The translations under genes were made by a program, and so were the position numbers. This document shows, piece after piece, positions 9,423-18,641 of a DNA stretch of 64,000 bases. The notes beneath the pieces are model-generated. The model made no database searches. It worked only from the letters and a program-made list of their open reading frames with translations, and had not been told where the DNA came from. The stretch is from an uncultured delta proteobacterium (lineage in GTDB: Bacteria > Desulfobacterota > Desulfobacteria > Desulfobacterales > QNYZ01). The stretch spans positions 1-64,000 of the forward strand of contig CAWJQU010000016.1 in the NCBI GenBank assembly GCA_963845145.1. The letters are read 5' to 3'. The stretch's first letter is position 1, and each line of letters begins with the position of its first letter.

Positions 9423-10457
9423 ATGAAAATGGTTATTTATCGGATTTCTTCCAAAATACCCCGACGCCCAATGATAGGGTGGCTTATCATTTTTGTGGTC
9501 TGCTGTTTGTTTAATAGCTGTGGTGGTGGAGAACTCGAAGCAACGGATCAAACCGGTTCACTCTCTTTTCAGGTCCAGTGGGAAAATGCCGGCACATCAT
9601 CGGTTATTTTGGATAACCCTGATGAAGTTGCCGATCTGGCTGAACTTAACTGTGAGGAAGAGGGCGTTTTCTGGGTAAACGTGATCCTTTATGACCAGAC
9701 GAATCAATACATTTACGAGAGCGATCCCCCGTGGCAGTGTAGTGCCCACGGTGGAACGATAAACGTGCCAGCTGGTTCTGGTCGGAAGGTTGCCATTTTC
9801 GGAGAAAACGCTGCCAATGAGATTCTGTACCGCGGTATTAAGTCGAATATCAATATTTTCGAGAATAGAATTACCGATGCAGGGTTGATTGTGGCGCGAT
9901 ATTTTGTTCCTACGGGTGGGAATACGACAAACTGCGAAACGACTGTTAATCATTCGTGGCAAGCGGTGTACTCGGCCACATCGTATGAGTTTCAACTATC
10001 TACGGATGTCACATTTGCGCGTATTGAAGGGAGCATGATGGTAACCAACCCACAGACCGGTTGCATCCCGCGCCCCAATACTTCTGGCCATTATTGGCGC
10101 GTGCGTGCCATTGATTTTGATGGATTAATCGGTGCTTGGTCTCAGATTTGGGTTTACGGTACACCATCAGAAGCACCACCTGCACCGATTGGTGGAATTA
10201 GTATCGCCTGCGAACCATATCCTTATCATTCTTTTGCATGGCAAGCGGTTCAGTCGGCCACATCGTATGAATTTCAATTATCCAGGGATATCGCATTTGC
10301 AAGTTTGAGGGTAAATGTGTTTGTCGATGCTCCGGGTACAATTTGTTACGACCTTCCGTATGGAGGTAATCCTTATTTTTGGCGAGTTCGTTCCATAGGC
10401 GATAATGGATTAACTAGCGGTTGGTCTTTCATTTGGACACACAACACGCCGGGATAG
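9423..10457 (+). CDS. Lipoprotein with two C-terminal fibronectin type III-like repeats
   Basis: Lipobox LFNS-C; repeat WQAVxSATSYEFQLSxDxxF...WRVRxI...WS occurs twice; start uncertain. Confidence 0.7.
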   Translation: MKMVIYRISSKIPRRPMIGWLIIFVVCCLFNSCGGGELEATDQTGSLSFQVQWENAGTSSVILDNPDEVADLAELNCEEEGVFWVNVILYDQTNQYIYESDPPWQCSAHGGTINVPAGSGRKVAIFGENAANEILYRGIKSNINIFENRITDAGLIVARYFVPTGGNTTNCETTVNHSWQAVYSATSYEFQLSTDVTFARIEGSMMVTNPQTGCIPRPNTSGHYWRVRAIDFDGLIGAWSQIWVYGTPSEAPPAPIGGISIACEPYPYHSFAWQAVQSATSYEFQLSRDIAFASLRVNVFVDAPGTICYDLPYGGNPYFWRVRSIGDNGLTSGWSFIWTHNTPG

Positions 10458-10557
10458 TAAATATTACGTGTCAATTTTGAACGTATGCCTCAGGATTCCG
10501 GGCATAGTTCAATTTAAAGCGACGATATTATAATAGGACTGATAACGGAGTATCAAG

Positions 10558-11289
10558 ATGATGACCCATCATTGTTCCAATCAACATTTGATTCCTAAAG
10601 GACTTATTGGAATGATCTCTTTAATCCTTATGTCTTTATTTTATAGCTGCGGTGGCAGTGATACGGAGACAACGGATCAAACCGGGGGTCTGGCCTTCAA
10701 TGTAGAATGGGTGGCACCCGCGGTAACGACTGCTGGGGGGAACAGCGAGCCTATTTTCGCGGAGTTGATGGAACTGAATTGCGAGAGCACGGACCTCACC
10801 TGGGTTAAGGCGGTTGTTTATAACCGGTATGACGAACTCTTGGCTGAGAGCCCGCGATGGGAATGTTCCGCCCATGCCGGGACCATTGAAGGGGTTAAGA
10901 AGGGCATGGATCGGTGGGTGATTATTTTAGGAACAGACGAAACGCATAACCTGTTATACCGAGGCCAGGTGTCGGAAGTTGAAGTTAACGAAAACGAGAT
11001 CACCGATGTAGGATTAATTATCGCCCACTATTTTATACCTACAGGTGGCTCGTATAGCAGCGGCACGGATCGTCTTACATGGCTGCCAGTCATCAAGGCA
11101 TCATCATATGAGGTTCAGGTGTCAAGTGATAGCGCTTTTACTCTCCTGAGTGTTAATATGACGGTTGAAGGCCCCACGAGCGGCCTTTTAGGGTTGGGCA
11201 GCGGGCATTATTATTTTCGTATACGAGCCATAGATTATTACAATTACCAAAGTGTCTGGTCGCAAACGTGGGAATTTGACGTTCCTTAA
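10558..11289 (+). CDS. Paralogous lipoprotein with one FN3-like repeat
   Basis: Lipobox FYS-C; shares TDQTG.L.F.V.W, ELNCE, W.CSAH.GTI, LYRG, ITD.GLI.A.YF.PTGG with 9423..10457. Confidence 0.7.
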   Translation: MMTHHCSNQHLIPKGLIGMISLILMSLFYSCGGSDTETTDQTGGLAFNVEWVAPAVTTAGGNSEPIFAELMELNCESTDLTWVKAVVYNRYDELLAESPRWECSAHAGTIEGVKKGMDRWVIILGTDETHNLLYRGQVSEVEVNENEITDVGLIIAHYFIPTGGSYSSGTDRLTWLPVIKASSYEVQVSSDSAFTLLSVNMTVEGPTSGLLGLGSGHYYFRIRAIDYYNYQSVWSQTWEFDVP

Positions 11290-11308
11290 GCCTTAAGAGC
11301 GGAATTGG

Positions 11309-11830
11309 TTAATCGGTTCTCCCAACGCACAACTCCGCCGCTGCCGTCTCGGCGCCCTTTAAACGGGCATCGAGATTTGATGCGGCGACTTCACTTGAAG
11401 CGGTATTGGCAACCAATCCACGCTCTACTTCCACCAGTCGCAGGTCCAAGCGCACGATATCTCCGATGATCTGGTAGGCACCGAATACCATCAGTTTGGC
11501 CCCCAGTATTCTTCCAATTTTTAGCTGAGTGGCCTCGCTGGCCACAGCACTTGAGCCCAGATTAAGCTCTTCCAAGGCCAGGATTAGCTTCTCCCGTTCG
11601 ACGATCCTGAATTCGCATTGATTTTCAAGGGTTTCAATAATCGTCCCAGATATGAATTCTCCCAGATCCGGCTGGCCGGCCTTGATGGGACTCAAATCTT
11701 CCATGTCCCAGACTGCCACCACCGCGCCGGGCCCATAGGCCGGCTTCTCCACGGTGGGTGGGGTGCCGGCACAACCCAAGATAAAAAAAACAAGGGCAAT
11801 AATGAGGGGTATTCTATTCTTTGGTTGCAT
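11309..11830 (-). CDS. CsgG/HfaB-family lipoprotein
   Basis: Likely start ATG 11830, lipobox ILG-C; IVEREKLILALEELNLGSS..TQLKIGRILGAKLMVFG..RLDLRLVEVE. Confidence 0.75.
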   Translation of the reverse strand: MQPKNRIPLIIALVFFILGCAGTPPTVEKPAYGPGAVVAVWDMEDLSPIKAGQPDLGEFISGTIIETLENQCEFRIVEREKLILALEELNLGSSAVASEATQLKIGRILGAKLMVFGAYQIIGDIVRLDLRLVEVERGLVANTASSEVAASNLDARLKGAETAAAELCVGRTD

Positions 11831-13802
11831 CCTTGCCCTCCCTGGCCACGACATCTTCAAGTTTTTCCCTGATCTTATCATCTTTTCCAAACGCACGATC
11901 GGCCTGAAGAACCGTGGCAAAAGCCATATCTGGGCCGGTTTCGACGATTTCCAGCTCACCAATGACCTGGGGCAGCCCTTGGAGTTTTTTGCCTTTGTAT
12001 TTGATGGGTTTACCCGGCTGAACAATCTCAAATTTGGTGCCCATGACCACGCCCTGGTTCGTTCCCAGATTGACCATGACCCGCTCGTCGGCCATTTGAA
12101 CCACGTATCCCTGCAGAGGATATTTGGTGATGACTGTTTTTAAGATATCCTGATCCAGGGCGTTGAGGGCCGTCTCAAAGGGCTCTGATAAACTCATCTT
12201 GCGTGTAAATACTTTGGCCACAGCAGAGGTTTCGGTATCGATTAGCCGAATCGACAGAAGTGTTTTATCCGGCATATGGATGATGGTCCCCGTTCCGATC
12301 AATTTAGCCGCCAATACCTTGCCGAGTTTTAGGGCGGTTTCCGGGTCAGCGAGATCCGAAGAACCGAGGTTGAGTTCTTCCAGAAGGCGTTCTATCAGGA
12401 CCCGCTCCACCACCTGAACACGGCCGGAATCATTTAATTGCCCGGTTAGGTGTGCGCTTAACACAGAGGGAAGCCCATCCCGTCGGGCCAACCCGCCTTT
12501 TTCCTGCATGTCGACAAAGGTCAAAATCATGGGGCGAGAGGTCCACTGGTCTTTTTTTCCGGAAAAGATCGATTGTTGGCTGCGATAACGTTCGGCCAGA
12601 TCTTTGACCAGCTTATCAACCCTTGCCCCTCGTGTGGCATCTTTTTGAAGGGCCAGCATTTCTTCACTCTTTTTGGCGAGAATCGCGGCATACGTATCGT
12701 TTTTATTTACGGCCAGCGCGGCTTTAAAAGTTTCCAGGGCGTTAGCCCAATCACCTTCCTTTTGGTAAGTGATGGCTTTATTGGATGTGGCTTCAATAAA
12801 GTAGGGATTAATTTCCACCGCTTGGTCGTAAAGGGGGCGTGCCCTGTCATAATTACCGCGGTTGGCTTCAATGCGTGCTTTTTGATTCATGGCAATCGCT
12901 TTTTGAAAAGGTTCTCCCTCTTGCTTATTAACGGCCTTGTCATACTCAGCCAGGGCAGCTTCTTTCTGTCCTTGGCTATACAACACATCGCCTTTGATCA
13001 CATTGGCATAGACGCGATCCGGCGCTCTTTTCTCCACTTCGGCGGCCAGAGCCAAAGCTTTTTCGGTTTCACCTTGTTTGGCATGCAGTGCGGATAATCC
13101 CTCTATCCCCCGTATTTCACCTTCTCCCCCTTGGTTGGATAGGGTTTGAAACATCTGTTTCGCTTCGGGATAATTTCCTTGCTTCAACGCCGCATATCCC
13201 ATGATGGTTTTAGACTCGATGTTTTGAGGGTTTTTCTTTTCTACTTCTCGGCTGATGGCTTTGGCCAGCTTCGGTTGATCGCGGTCTAGCTGTCGTGCCG
13301 CCAAACGGGTTAGCATCACCTCGGTGGTTTTTCCGCCACCTTGAAAGGCATCAAGCACCTTTAACCCTGGTCCAAGGATAAATATGCTTGGAAGGATAAG
13401 CTGGGCCTGGTACGTATCGCTCACCCCTTTTTCATCGATTAAAACAGGAAATTGAAGATCGACCTTCGTAACGAAATTGTTTACCTGGCTTGCCGGAGAT
13501 CGGGTAATTCCCCAGACAACGAGCTCTGCATCTTTATAGGTGCGCGACAGTTGATCAAGATTTTGTAATCCAGTACGGCTAGCCTTGGATGTGGCGTCAA
13601 AAAAGTAAAGGACGATCATGGGTCGATCCTGCATGCTTGCCAAATCATACGGCCGCCCAAAAACATCGCTTAATGTGAAAGTCGGTGCCGGCGATCCAGC
13701 TGTGGGTTGGCCGAAAACCGGCGTCGTAAAGAGCAGCCCTGACCCGATGAGGCAAGTGAGAAGTATACAAGATAAAGGATTTTTAATCATTTTCATGGTC
13801 AT
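11814..13802 (-). CDS. Exported redoxin-like (SxxS) + TPR array + CsgG-like + C-terminal beta domain protein
   Basis: Signal peptide; GSPAPTFTLSD...FPVLIDE (AhpC/TSA fold); multiple TPRs; VVERVLIERLLEELNLGSS..ETALKLGKVLAA; VNLGTNQGV..GTKFEI (FlgT-C-like). Confidence 0.75.
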   Translation of the reverse strand: MTMKMIKNPLSCILLTCLIGSGLLFTTPVFGQPTAGSPAPTFTLSDVFGRPYDLASMQDRPMIVLYFFDATSKASRTGLQNLDQLSRTYKDAELVVWGITRSPASQVNNFVTKVDLQFPVLIDEKGVSDTYQAQLILPSIFILGPGLKVLDAFQGGGKTTEVMLTRLAARQLDRDQPKLAKAISREVEKKNPQNIESKTIMGYAALKQGNYPEAKQMFQTLSNQGGEGEIRGIEGLSALHAKQGETEKALALAAEVEKRAPDRVYANVIKGDVLYSQGQKEAALAEYDKAVNKQEGEPFQKAIAMNQKARIEANRGNYDRARPLYDQAVEINPYFIEATSNKAITYQKEGDWANALETFKAALAVNKNDTYAAILAKKSEEMLALQKDATRGARVDKLVKDLAERYRSQQSIFSGKKDQWTSRPMILTFVDMQEKGGLARRDGLPSVLSAHLTGQLNDSGRVQVVERVLIERLLEELNLGSSDLADPETALKLGKVLAAKLIGTGTIIHMPDKTLLSIRLIDTETSAVAKVFTRKMSLSEPFETALNALDQDILKTVITKYPLQGYVVQMADERVMVNLGTNQGVVMGTKFEIVQPGKPIKYKGKKLQGLPQVIGELEIVETGPDMAFATVLQADRAFGKDDKIREKLEDVVAREGKDATKE

Positions 13803-13819
13803 CCTCCTATGTTGAAAGA

Positions 13820-15169
13820 TTAATCTTCGGGAACCAGTCTAATTCGAAGCGGGATTTCTCCCGGTTTATCAAGATTTAGTTGGGCTTCCCAACCAAAATA
13901 TTTGTCATGTCGGAGGCCAACTTCATATTTGCCGTAAGGTAGTTTCACTTTAATCGGTGTCTTTCCATGATACTTACCATTTACATAGAAACTGGCGCCT
14001 GGCGGAGCGCTTTGGACATCCAGCGTTGATCGTTTAAGCGCCGGTTTGGGTATAACAGGTTTGGGCTTCGGCGCGGGTGGCACAGGCTTTGGTTCCGGTT
14101 TTGGCAAGACCGGTTTCGGCAGGACTGGTTTCGGCTTTGGCGTTGGGGGGACCGGTTGGGGTGTCGGTGTCGGGTCAGGGGCAGGAACTGGCGTCGGAGT
14201 CCCGGATTGTGGAATCGGTGGAGACGGTGGCGAATATACAGATATGGAGACAACGGCCAAAACACCCATGGCGAGAATGGACAGGCCGGCCAGCACGTAC
14301 AACCAGGTTCGTTTTTTCTTTTGAACTTTTTGATAGGTTGCCGCGACCGGTTTGGATGCCAGGCACCCCTTCAATGCTTCAGATAAACTTTGTCCGTTTT
14401 GATATCGTTCTCCCGGTGATTTACTTAAACACTTCATGATCAATTGGGAAAGCGCTGAAGGAACCTGACGATTTAGCCGGACCGGCGTGGGTGGTATCTC
14501 TTTCCCAATGGCATTGAAGAGTGTCGTTAAATTGTCTCCGGTAAATGGGCGCTGGCCGGTGGTCAATTCGTATAGGACAACCCCCAGCGCATAGATATCG
14601 GAGCGACCGTCCACCGGTTGCCCGGCAACCTGCTCCGGCGGCATATAGATAGGGGTACCGAGAATCTCACCCATTTGGGTCATCTGGTGTCCCGAAGCGC
14701 CTTCTATACGGGCTATTCCGAAATCCGTTACCTTAACATGCCCCTGGGGGGTAATAATGATGTTACCCGGCTTGATATCCCGGTGGATAATTCCTTGACG
14801 ATGGGCGTAATCCAAAGCCCCTGCCACTTGGATGCCCAAGTCGACGATTTGTTCGCTGGTAAAATCTTTTTCCCCGATAAGAAGGTCTAAAGACCGACCT
14901 TCGAGGAATTCCATGGCAATATAAATCGTACCATGGTCTTCACCGACATCAAAGACCGTGACAATATTGGGATGGGACAATCGGCCGATCGCTTGTGCTT
15001 CGGCGATGAACCGGCGCACGAATTCCTGATCCACGACCCGGTCTTCTCGCAGAACTTTCAGGGCCACCATCCGATCGATCTGAGGGTCATGGGCCTTATA
15101 AACCATTCCCATGGCGCCCCTGCCCAGTTCAGAGACAATCTGATAGCGGCCATATTGCATGGCATTCAT
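13820..15169 (-). CDS. Membrane Ser/Thr protein kinase (Hanks type) with Pro-rich linker and PEGA domain; PpkA-like role inferred
   Basis: LGRGAMGMV, VALK, HRDIKPGN, DFG, GTPIYMPPEQ; TM helix; PKPVL repeats; VQSAPPGASFYVNGKYHGKTP. Confidence 0.9.
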   Translation of the reverse strand: MNAMQYGRYQIVSELGRGAMGMVYKAHDPQIDRMVALKVLREDRVVDQEFVRRFIAEAQAIGRLSHPNIVTVFDVGEDHGTIYIAMEFLEGRSLDLLIGEKDFTSEQIVDLGIQVAGALDYAHRQGIIHRDIKPGNIIITPQGHVKVTDFGIARIEGASGHQMTQMGEILGTPIYMPPEQVAGQPVDGRSDIYALGVVLYELTTGQRPFTGDNLTTLFNAIGKEIPPTPVRLNRQVPSALSQLIMKCLSKSPGERYQNGQSLSEALKGCLASKPVAATYQKVQKKKRTWLYVLAGLSILAMGVLAVVSISVYSPPSPPIPQSGTPTPVPAPDPTPTPQPVPPTPKPKPVLPKPVLPKPEPKPVPPAPKPKPVIPKPALKRSTLDVQSAPPGASFYVNGKYHGKTPIKVKLPYGKYEVGLRHDKYFGWEAQLNLDKPGEIPLRIRLVPED

Positions 15170-15190
15170 AGCTCTATATAGGTCATATTT

Positions 15191-16156
15191 CTATTGCACA
15201 TAATCAATATTGGCTTTGATGAAAGCGATCACCGTTTCCATGGGGATAAGAAAGCCCACTTGCTCTTCCACGCGATGTCGGCCTTTGACCACTGCAACCA
15301 GACGCCCCTGGTCGTCAAATACCGGGCTGCCGCTGTTGCCGGGTAAAACAACCATTTTTACCTGCCACAACAACTGATTGTCAGCCCGGCGGGGGGGGCC
15401 GTCAACAAAACCGGAGGTCAGCTTACCACGCCCGTTTGCGGAGCAGCCAAGGGTGTACAGCTGGTCACCGAAATTCAAAAGATTACGGCTTTCATTCAAC
15501 AAAATACCCGCCTCCTGCTTAGATGCGACGCGGATAAGGGCTAGGTCGAGCTGCTGATCCAATAGGACAACTTGTCCACTGATTTCACGCCCGCTACGCA
15601 GGACAACGATGATATTCTGAAATGCCGCCAGATCATGGGCTGTCGATAAAATCAGCCCCTCACGGGCTTTTAGGAAAAATCCGGTCACCTGTTTTTCGGT
15701 ATCACTTGTTATAATCCGCACGCAAACCACCGCTTTTTTATAAAAACGTAAGCGTGAAGGGATAGACTTAGTGGACGTATGACGTCTTGGGAGCGTGGCG
15801 CCCACCTGTTTTGATATTTGGTACCACAACGGTTGATATGGATCATGTATGCCCTGATCTTTTGGACCGGTCCACTGGGCTTTAACATGGCTGGCCAGGG
15901 CGGATTGAGGGCGAATAATTATATGCCAGTGCTCATCATCTTTCTCTGCTCTAAATTCGGTTTTCTGGAGGTTGACATGGGTCCTGTAAATGCGAAACCC
16001 AGTGGTTTGCAACCAGACGGTGATGACTTGTTCAACAGTCGCCTGGGGTATGGGGAATGTTTTTTCGTTTATTCCAGCCTTGATTTGCACCGGGCATAAT
16101 AGCCAAGGAATAAACAGTAGCCAAATGGCATGTCGAAAATGGATTCTGCCCTTCAT
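15191..16156 (-). CDS. Exported trypsin-like serine protease
   Basis: Signal peptide; triad TAHD, LDLAL, PGNSGSP. Confidence 0.85.
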   Translation of the reverse strand: MKGRIHFRHAIWLLFIPWLLCPVQIKAGINEKTFPIPQATVEQVITVWLQTTGFRIYRTHVNLQKTEFRAEKDDEHWHIIIRPQSALASHVKAQWTGPKDQGIHDPYQPLWYQISKQVGATLPRRHTSTKSIPSRLRFYKKAVVCVRIITSDTEKQVTGFFLKAREGLILSTAHDLAAFQNIIVVLRSGREISGQVVLLDQQLDLALIRVASKQEAGILLNESRNLLNFGDQLYTLGCSANGRGKLTSGFVDGPPRRADNQLLWQVKMVVLPGNSGSPVFDDQGRLVAVVKGRHRVEEQVGFLIPMETVIAFIKANIDYVQ

Positions 16157-16394
16157 GTCTCTAAGTTTGCAAAACCCTCATAAGGAGAATGGTTAAGGCC
16201 GCATGCGATTAAATTTTGCCATCATCTTTTCTTGTTGCAGCATAGCGTAAATACGATGTCATGACAAATTAATTTAATGCATACCCTAAATATTTCCGTA
16301 AATAGGCTTGACATAATGACCGTGAAATAAGCTATACTTCCTGCGGGAATATCAAAATACTTAACTTTGTGTTCCATTTGGATGCCGTTATACG

Positions 16395-17483
16395 ATGCCA
16401 GAAAAACCGACCATTGTCGTTCAGCTCATACATATCGAAGGCCCTTTGAAAGGAAAAATCGAGGAGTTCGTCGACCCGGTTTTACAGATTGGGCGTCACC
16501 CTGATTGTCAGATACGCTTTCCGAAAGATGTGACCCTCATTTCAAGAAATCACGCCGAAATTGTCAGAGAAGGGAATCGGTTTAAACTTCTTGATCACAG
16601 TGCCAACGGAACGTTTTTAAATGGTAAGGCTATCAAAGAGGCCATTTTAAAAAACGGCGATGTTCTCATGATTGGCGATGGCGGTCCAAAGGTTAGCTTT
16701 CTGACTGAAATAAAATCGAGCGCGGGCGAAGCTTTCCAAACGTCCCCGACACCTTTAGCCATGCCTCAATCCCCAGGTAGTTCCCAAGAGGTGTCAAAAC
16801 ACAGGCCACCCGTACAACCGGCGCTCTCTATCCCAAAACCATCGACCCCGTCGGTAGCGCCCCGAGAGCAGATCGCTTCAAAATTTTCAGCACCAAAGCC
16901 AGGCCTTAATTCAGCCGATTTACAGGTTCAGGCACCCCTGGCAATTCAATTCGGCCCGACGATCCAGTCTTTTAAGGTACTTCCGGTAACTGTAGGGAAA
17001 AAGAATGATTGCGATTATGTGATCAACCATGCTCACATTATAGATCGGCATGTTCAATTTTTTTATTTTGAATCCAATTATTGGGTTAAGGATCTGACCG
17101 GGCAAGGCTTGATAACCATTAACGAAAATCCTGTCCAGGGCCAAACGCCTCTTCATCCCGGCAGCCGGTTATCATTAAGTCCTCAAGGTCCCGTTTTTCA
17201 ATTTCTTAACGGCGGACGATTGGTGGAGGATGCGAATCAACCCATTAGCGCACCTTCCGAATCCCCGCAGGGTACGCCCGAGATGCCCTGGGAGATAGCC
17301 CCCAAGGCACCGCGCCGAAAAAAGAAGGCACTCGTTTTTTTAATCGGATTTTTGGTCATCCTGGTGACAGTAAGTGTATTGTATCTGCTTGTCTCCAACG
17401 CTACGGATGGTCCTGGGGCGGGTGGACTAAAAGAGTGGTGGTACCGTTGGATGGAAACGATTCGACGCGTTGTTGGGTCATAA
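16395..17483 (+). CDS. Double FHA-domain protein with C-terminal membrane anchor
   Basis: IGR..C...ISRNHAEI...SANGTFLNG; second degenerate FHA VGKKNDCD...DRHVQF; TM helix near the C-terminus. Confidence 0.85.
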   Translation: MPEKPTIVVQLIHIEGPLKGKIEEFVDPVLQIGRHPDCQIRFPKDVTLISRNHAEIVREGNRFKLLDHSANGTFLNGKAIKEAILKNGDVLMIGDGGPKVSFLTEIKSSAGEAFQTSPTPLAMPQSPGSSQEVSKHRPPVQPALSIPKPSTPSVAPREQIASKFSAPKPGLNSADLQVQAPLAIQFGPTIQSFKVLPVTVGKKNDCDYVINHAHIIDRHVQFFYFESNYWVKDLTGQGLITINENPVQGQTPLHPGSRLSLSPQGPVFQFLNGGRLVEDANQPISAPSESPQGTPEMPWEIAPKAPRRKKKALVFLIGFLVILVTVSVLYLLVSNATDGPGAGGLKEWWYRWMETIRRVVGS

Positions 17484-17686
17484 TAGGACGCTGACTACTT
17501 GCGTCTCCCGACGAGAGCGTTGGATTAGAAAAACCACGTCTATTTGAGCGCCCGACAATGCTTGCAGTCAATGATGGGAATATGTGACGGATAGTCGTCA
17601 TTTAAGCATGAACGAGCTTTCAGATATTTGGATTGATAATTGCCAAGTATACGAGTGGAACGCTCGCGTTATATAGAGGGACGGTA

Positions 17687-18451
17687 CTACAGGTGCTCCT
17701 CGATGGCATTCTTTAAGGGGTCGGCCATTCCTTCCAAACTGCCCAGATCGATAATTTCTTGAAAAGCTGGAATTCCTGATAGCTGCGTGACTTCGGTAAT
17801 AAATTTATCTGATGGTAGAAATGTCCTTAGCGGCAGGGATAAAACGGCTACAGACAACCCGCCAAGATCATTTAGTGTTTGAATTTCAACATCGTATCTA
17901 AGATCCCTAAGAAGTACGCCAAGCATCGGGATTTGCTCAAGGAGGACGGTCATGCAAATGTGACAAAGCACTGACTGCTTTATCTCTTCCACTTGGCGAG
18001 ATTCCGTTCCAGCCACCATCGCCCTGATCCGATTAAGACTACACTCATTTTCATATGCTAAAATGAATTGTGTGGGCGAGGTAACCGTCGTTATTTTATC
18101 GCCATTTTCACCCAATTGCAGCTTGTATTGATATGGGGTGCATATTAGCTGGGGGGATATAGCAGAAAGTGGTATGGATAACTCTTTTCGCAGACCCAAA
18201 GGTTTTTCGGCCAAGCTTGCGTAGCGTTGCTGTAACGTGGCAAAGGCCTTATCCGAACCCGGCACATCCTTTTTTGACGTGCCCTTCATATAGGATCCCA
18301 GAAAATTTTGGGGGGCAAATAGCGGTTTTATTACCGCCAAATGTGTTTTTAAACGTGTGTTAAGGGAGCCGGCAATTTTTTCTGTGGTTTGTCGAAGGCT
18401 TAAAAACTCTGCATTATCCAAGTCTTTTCGCGACACATCTTCATTAGGCAT
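17687..18451 (-). CDS. Hypothetical cytoplasmic protein (254 aa)
   Basis: Long ORF with RBS GAGG, on the same strand downstream of the FHA-SLT gene; no recognised motif. Confidence 0.7.
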   Translation of the reverse strand: MPNEDVSRKDLDNAEFLSLRQTTEKIAGSLNTRLKTHLAVIKPLFAPQNFLGSYMKGTSKKDVPGSDKAFATLQQRYASLAEKPLGLRKELSIPLSAISPQLICTPYQYKLQLGENGDKITTVTSPTQFILAYENECSLNRIRAMVAGTESRQVEEIKQSVLCHICMTVLLEQIPMLGVLLRDLRYDVEIQTLNDLGGLSVAVLSLPLRTFLPSDKFITEVTQLSGIPAFQEIIDLGSLEGMADPLKNAIEEHL

Positions 18452-18641
18452 TCTAATCCCTCAAATTAATTGAATAATTTAAATCAATCGTAACATGGTT
18501 TGAATGATTCTGTCAACGATTGTCCCGATTGATTGCCCTGATTGATTGAACCTGTAATTGTTCAAGGCGTACCCGGCCGACGTGGTTATTTATAAATTCA
18601 TTTCCTTCTTTCAGGTAAGTACCTTTATCGAAACCTTATCG

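Noticed and set aside
6077..13802. Curli secretion system
   Set aside because: CsgG-like domains only; no curlin repeats, CsgE or CsgF seen
14040..14230. Short DNA repeats as a possible array or VNTR
   Set aside because: Explained by the Pro-rich PKPVL linker of the kinase
16308..16338. TTGACA...TATACT promoter before the FHA gene
   Set aside because: Spacer is 19 bp; too uncertain to call
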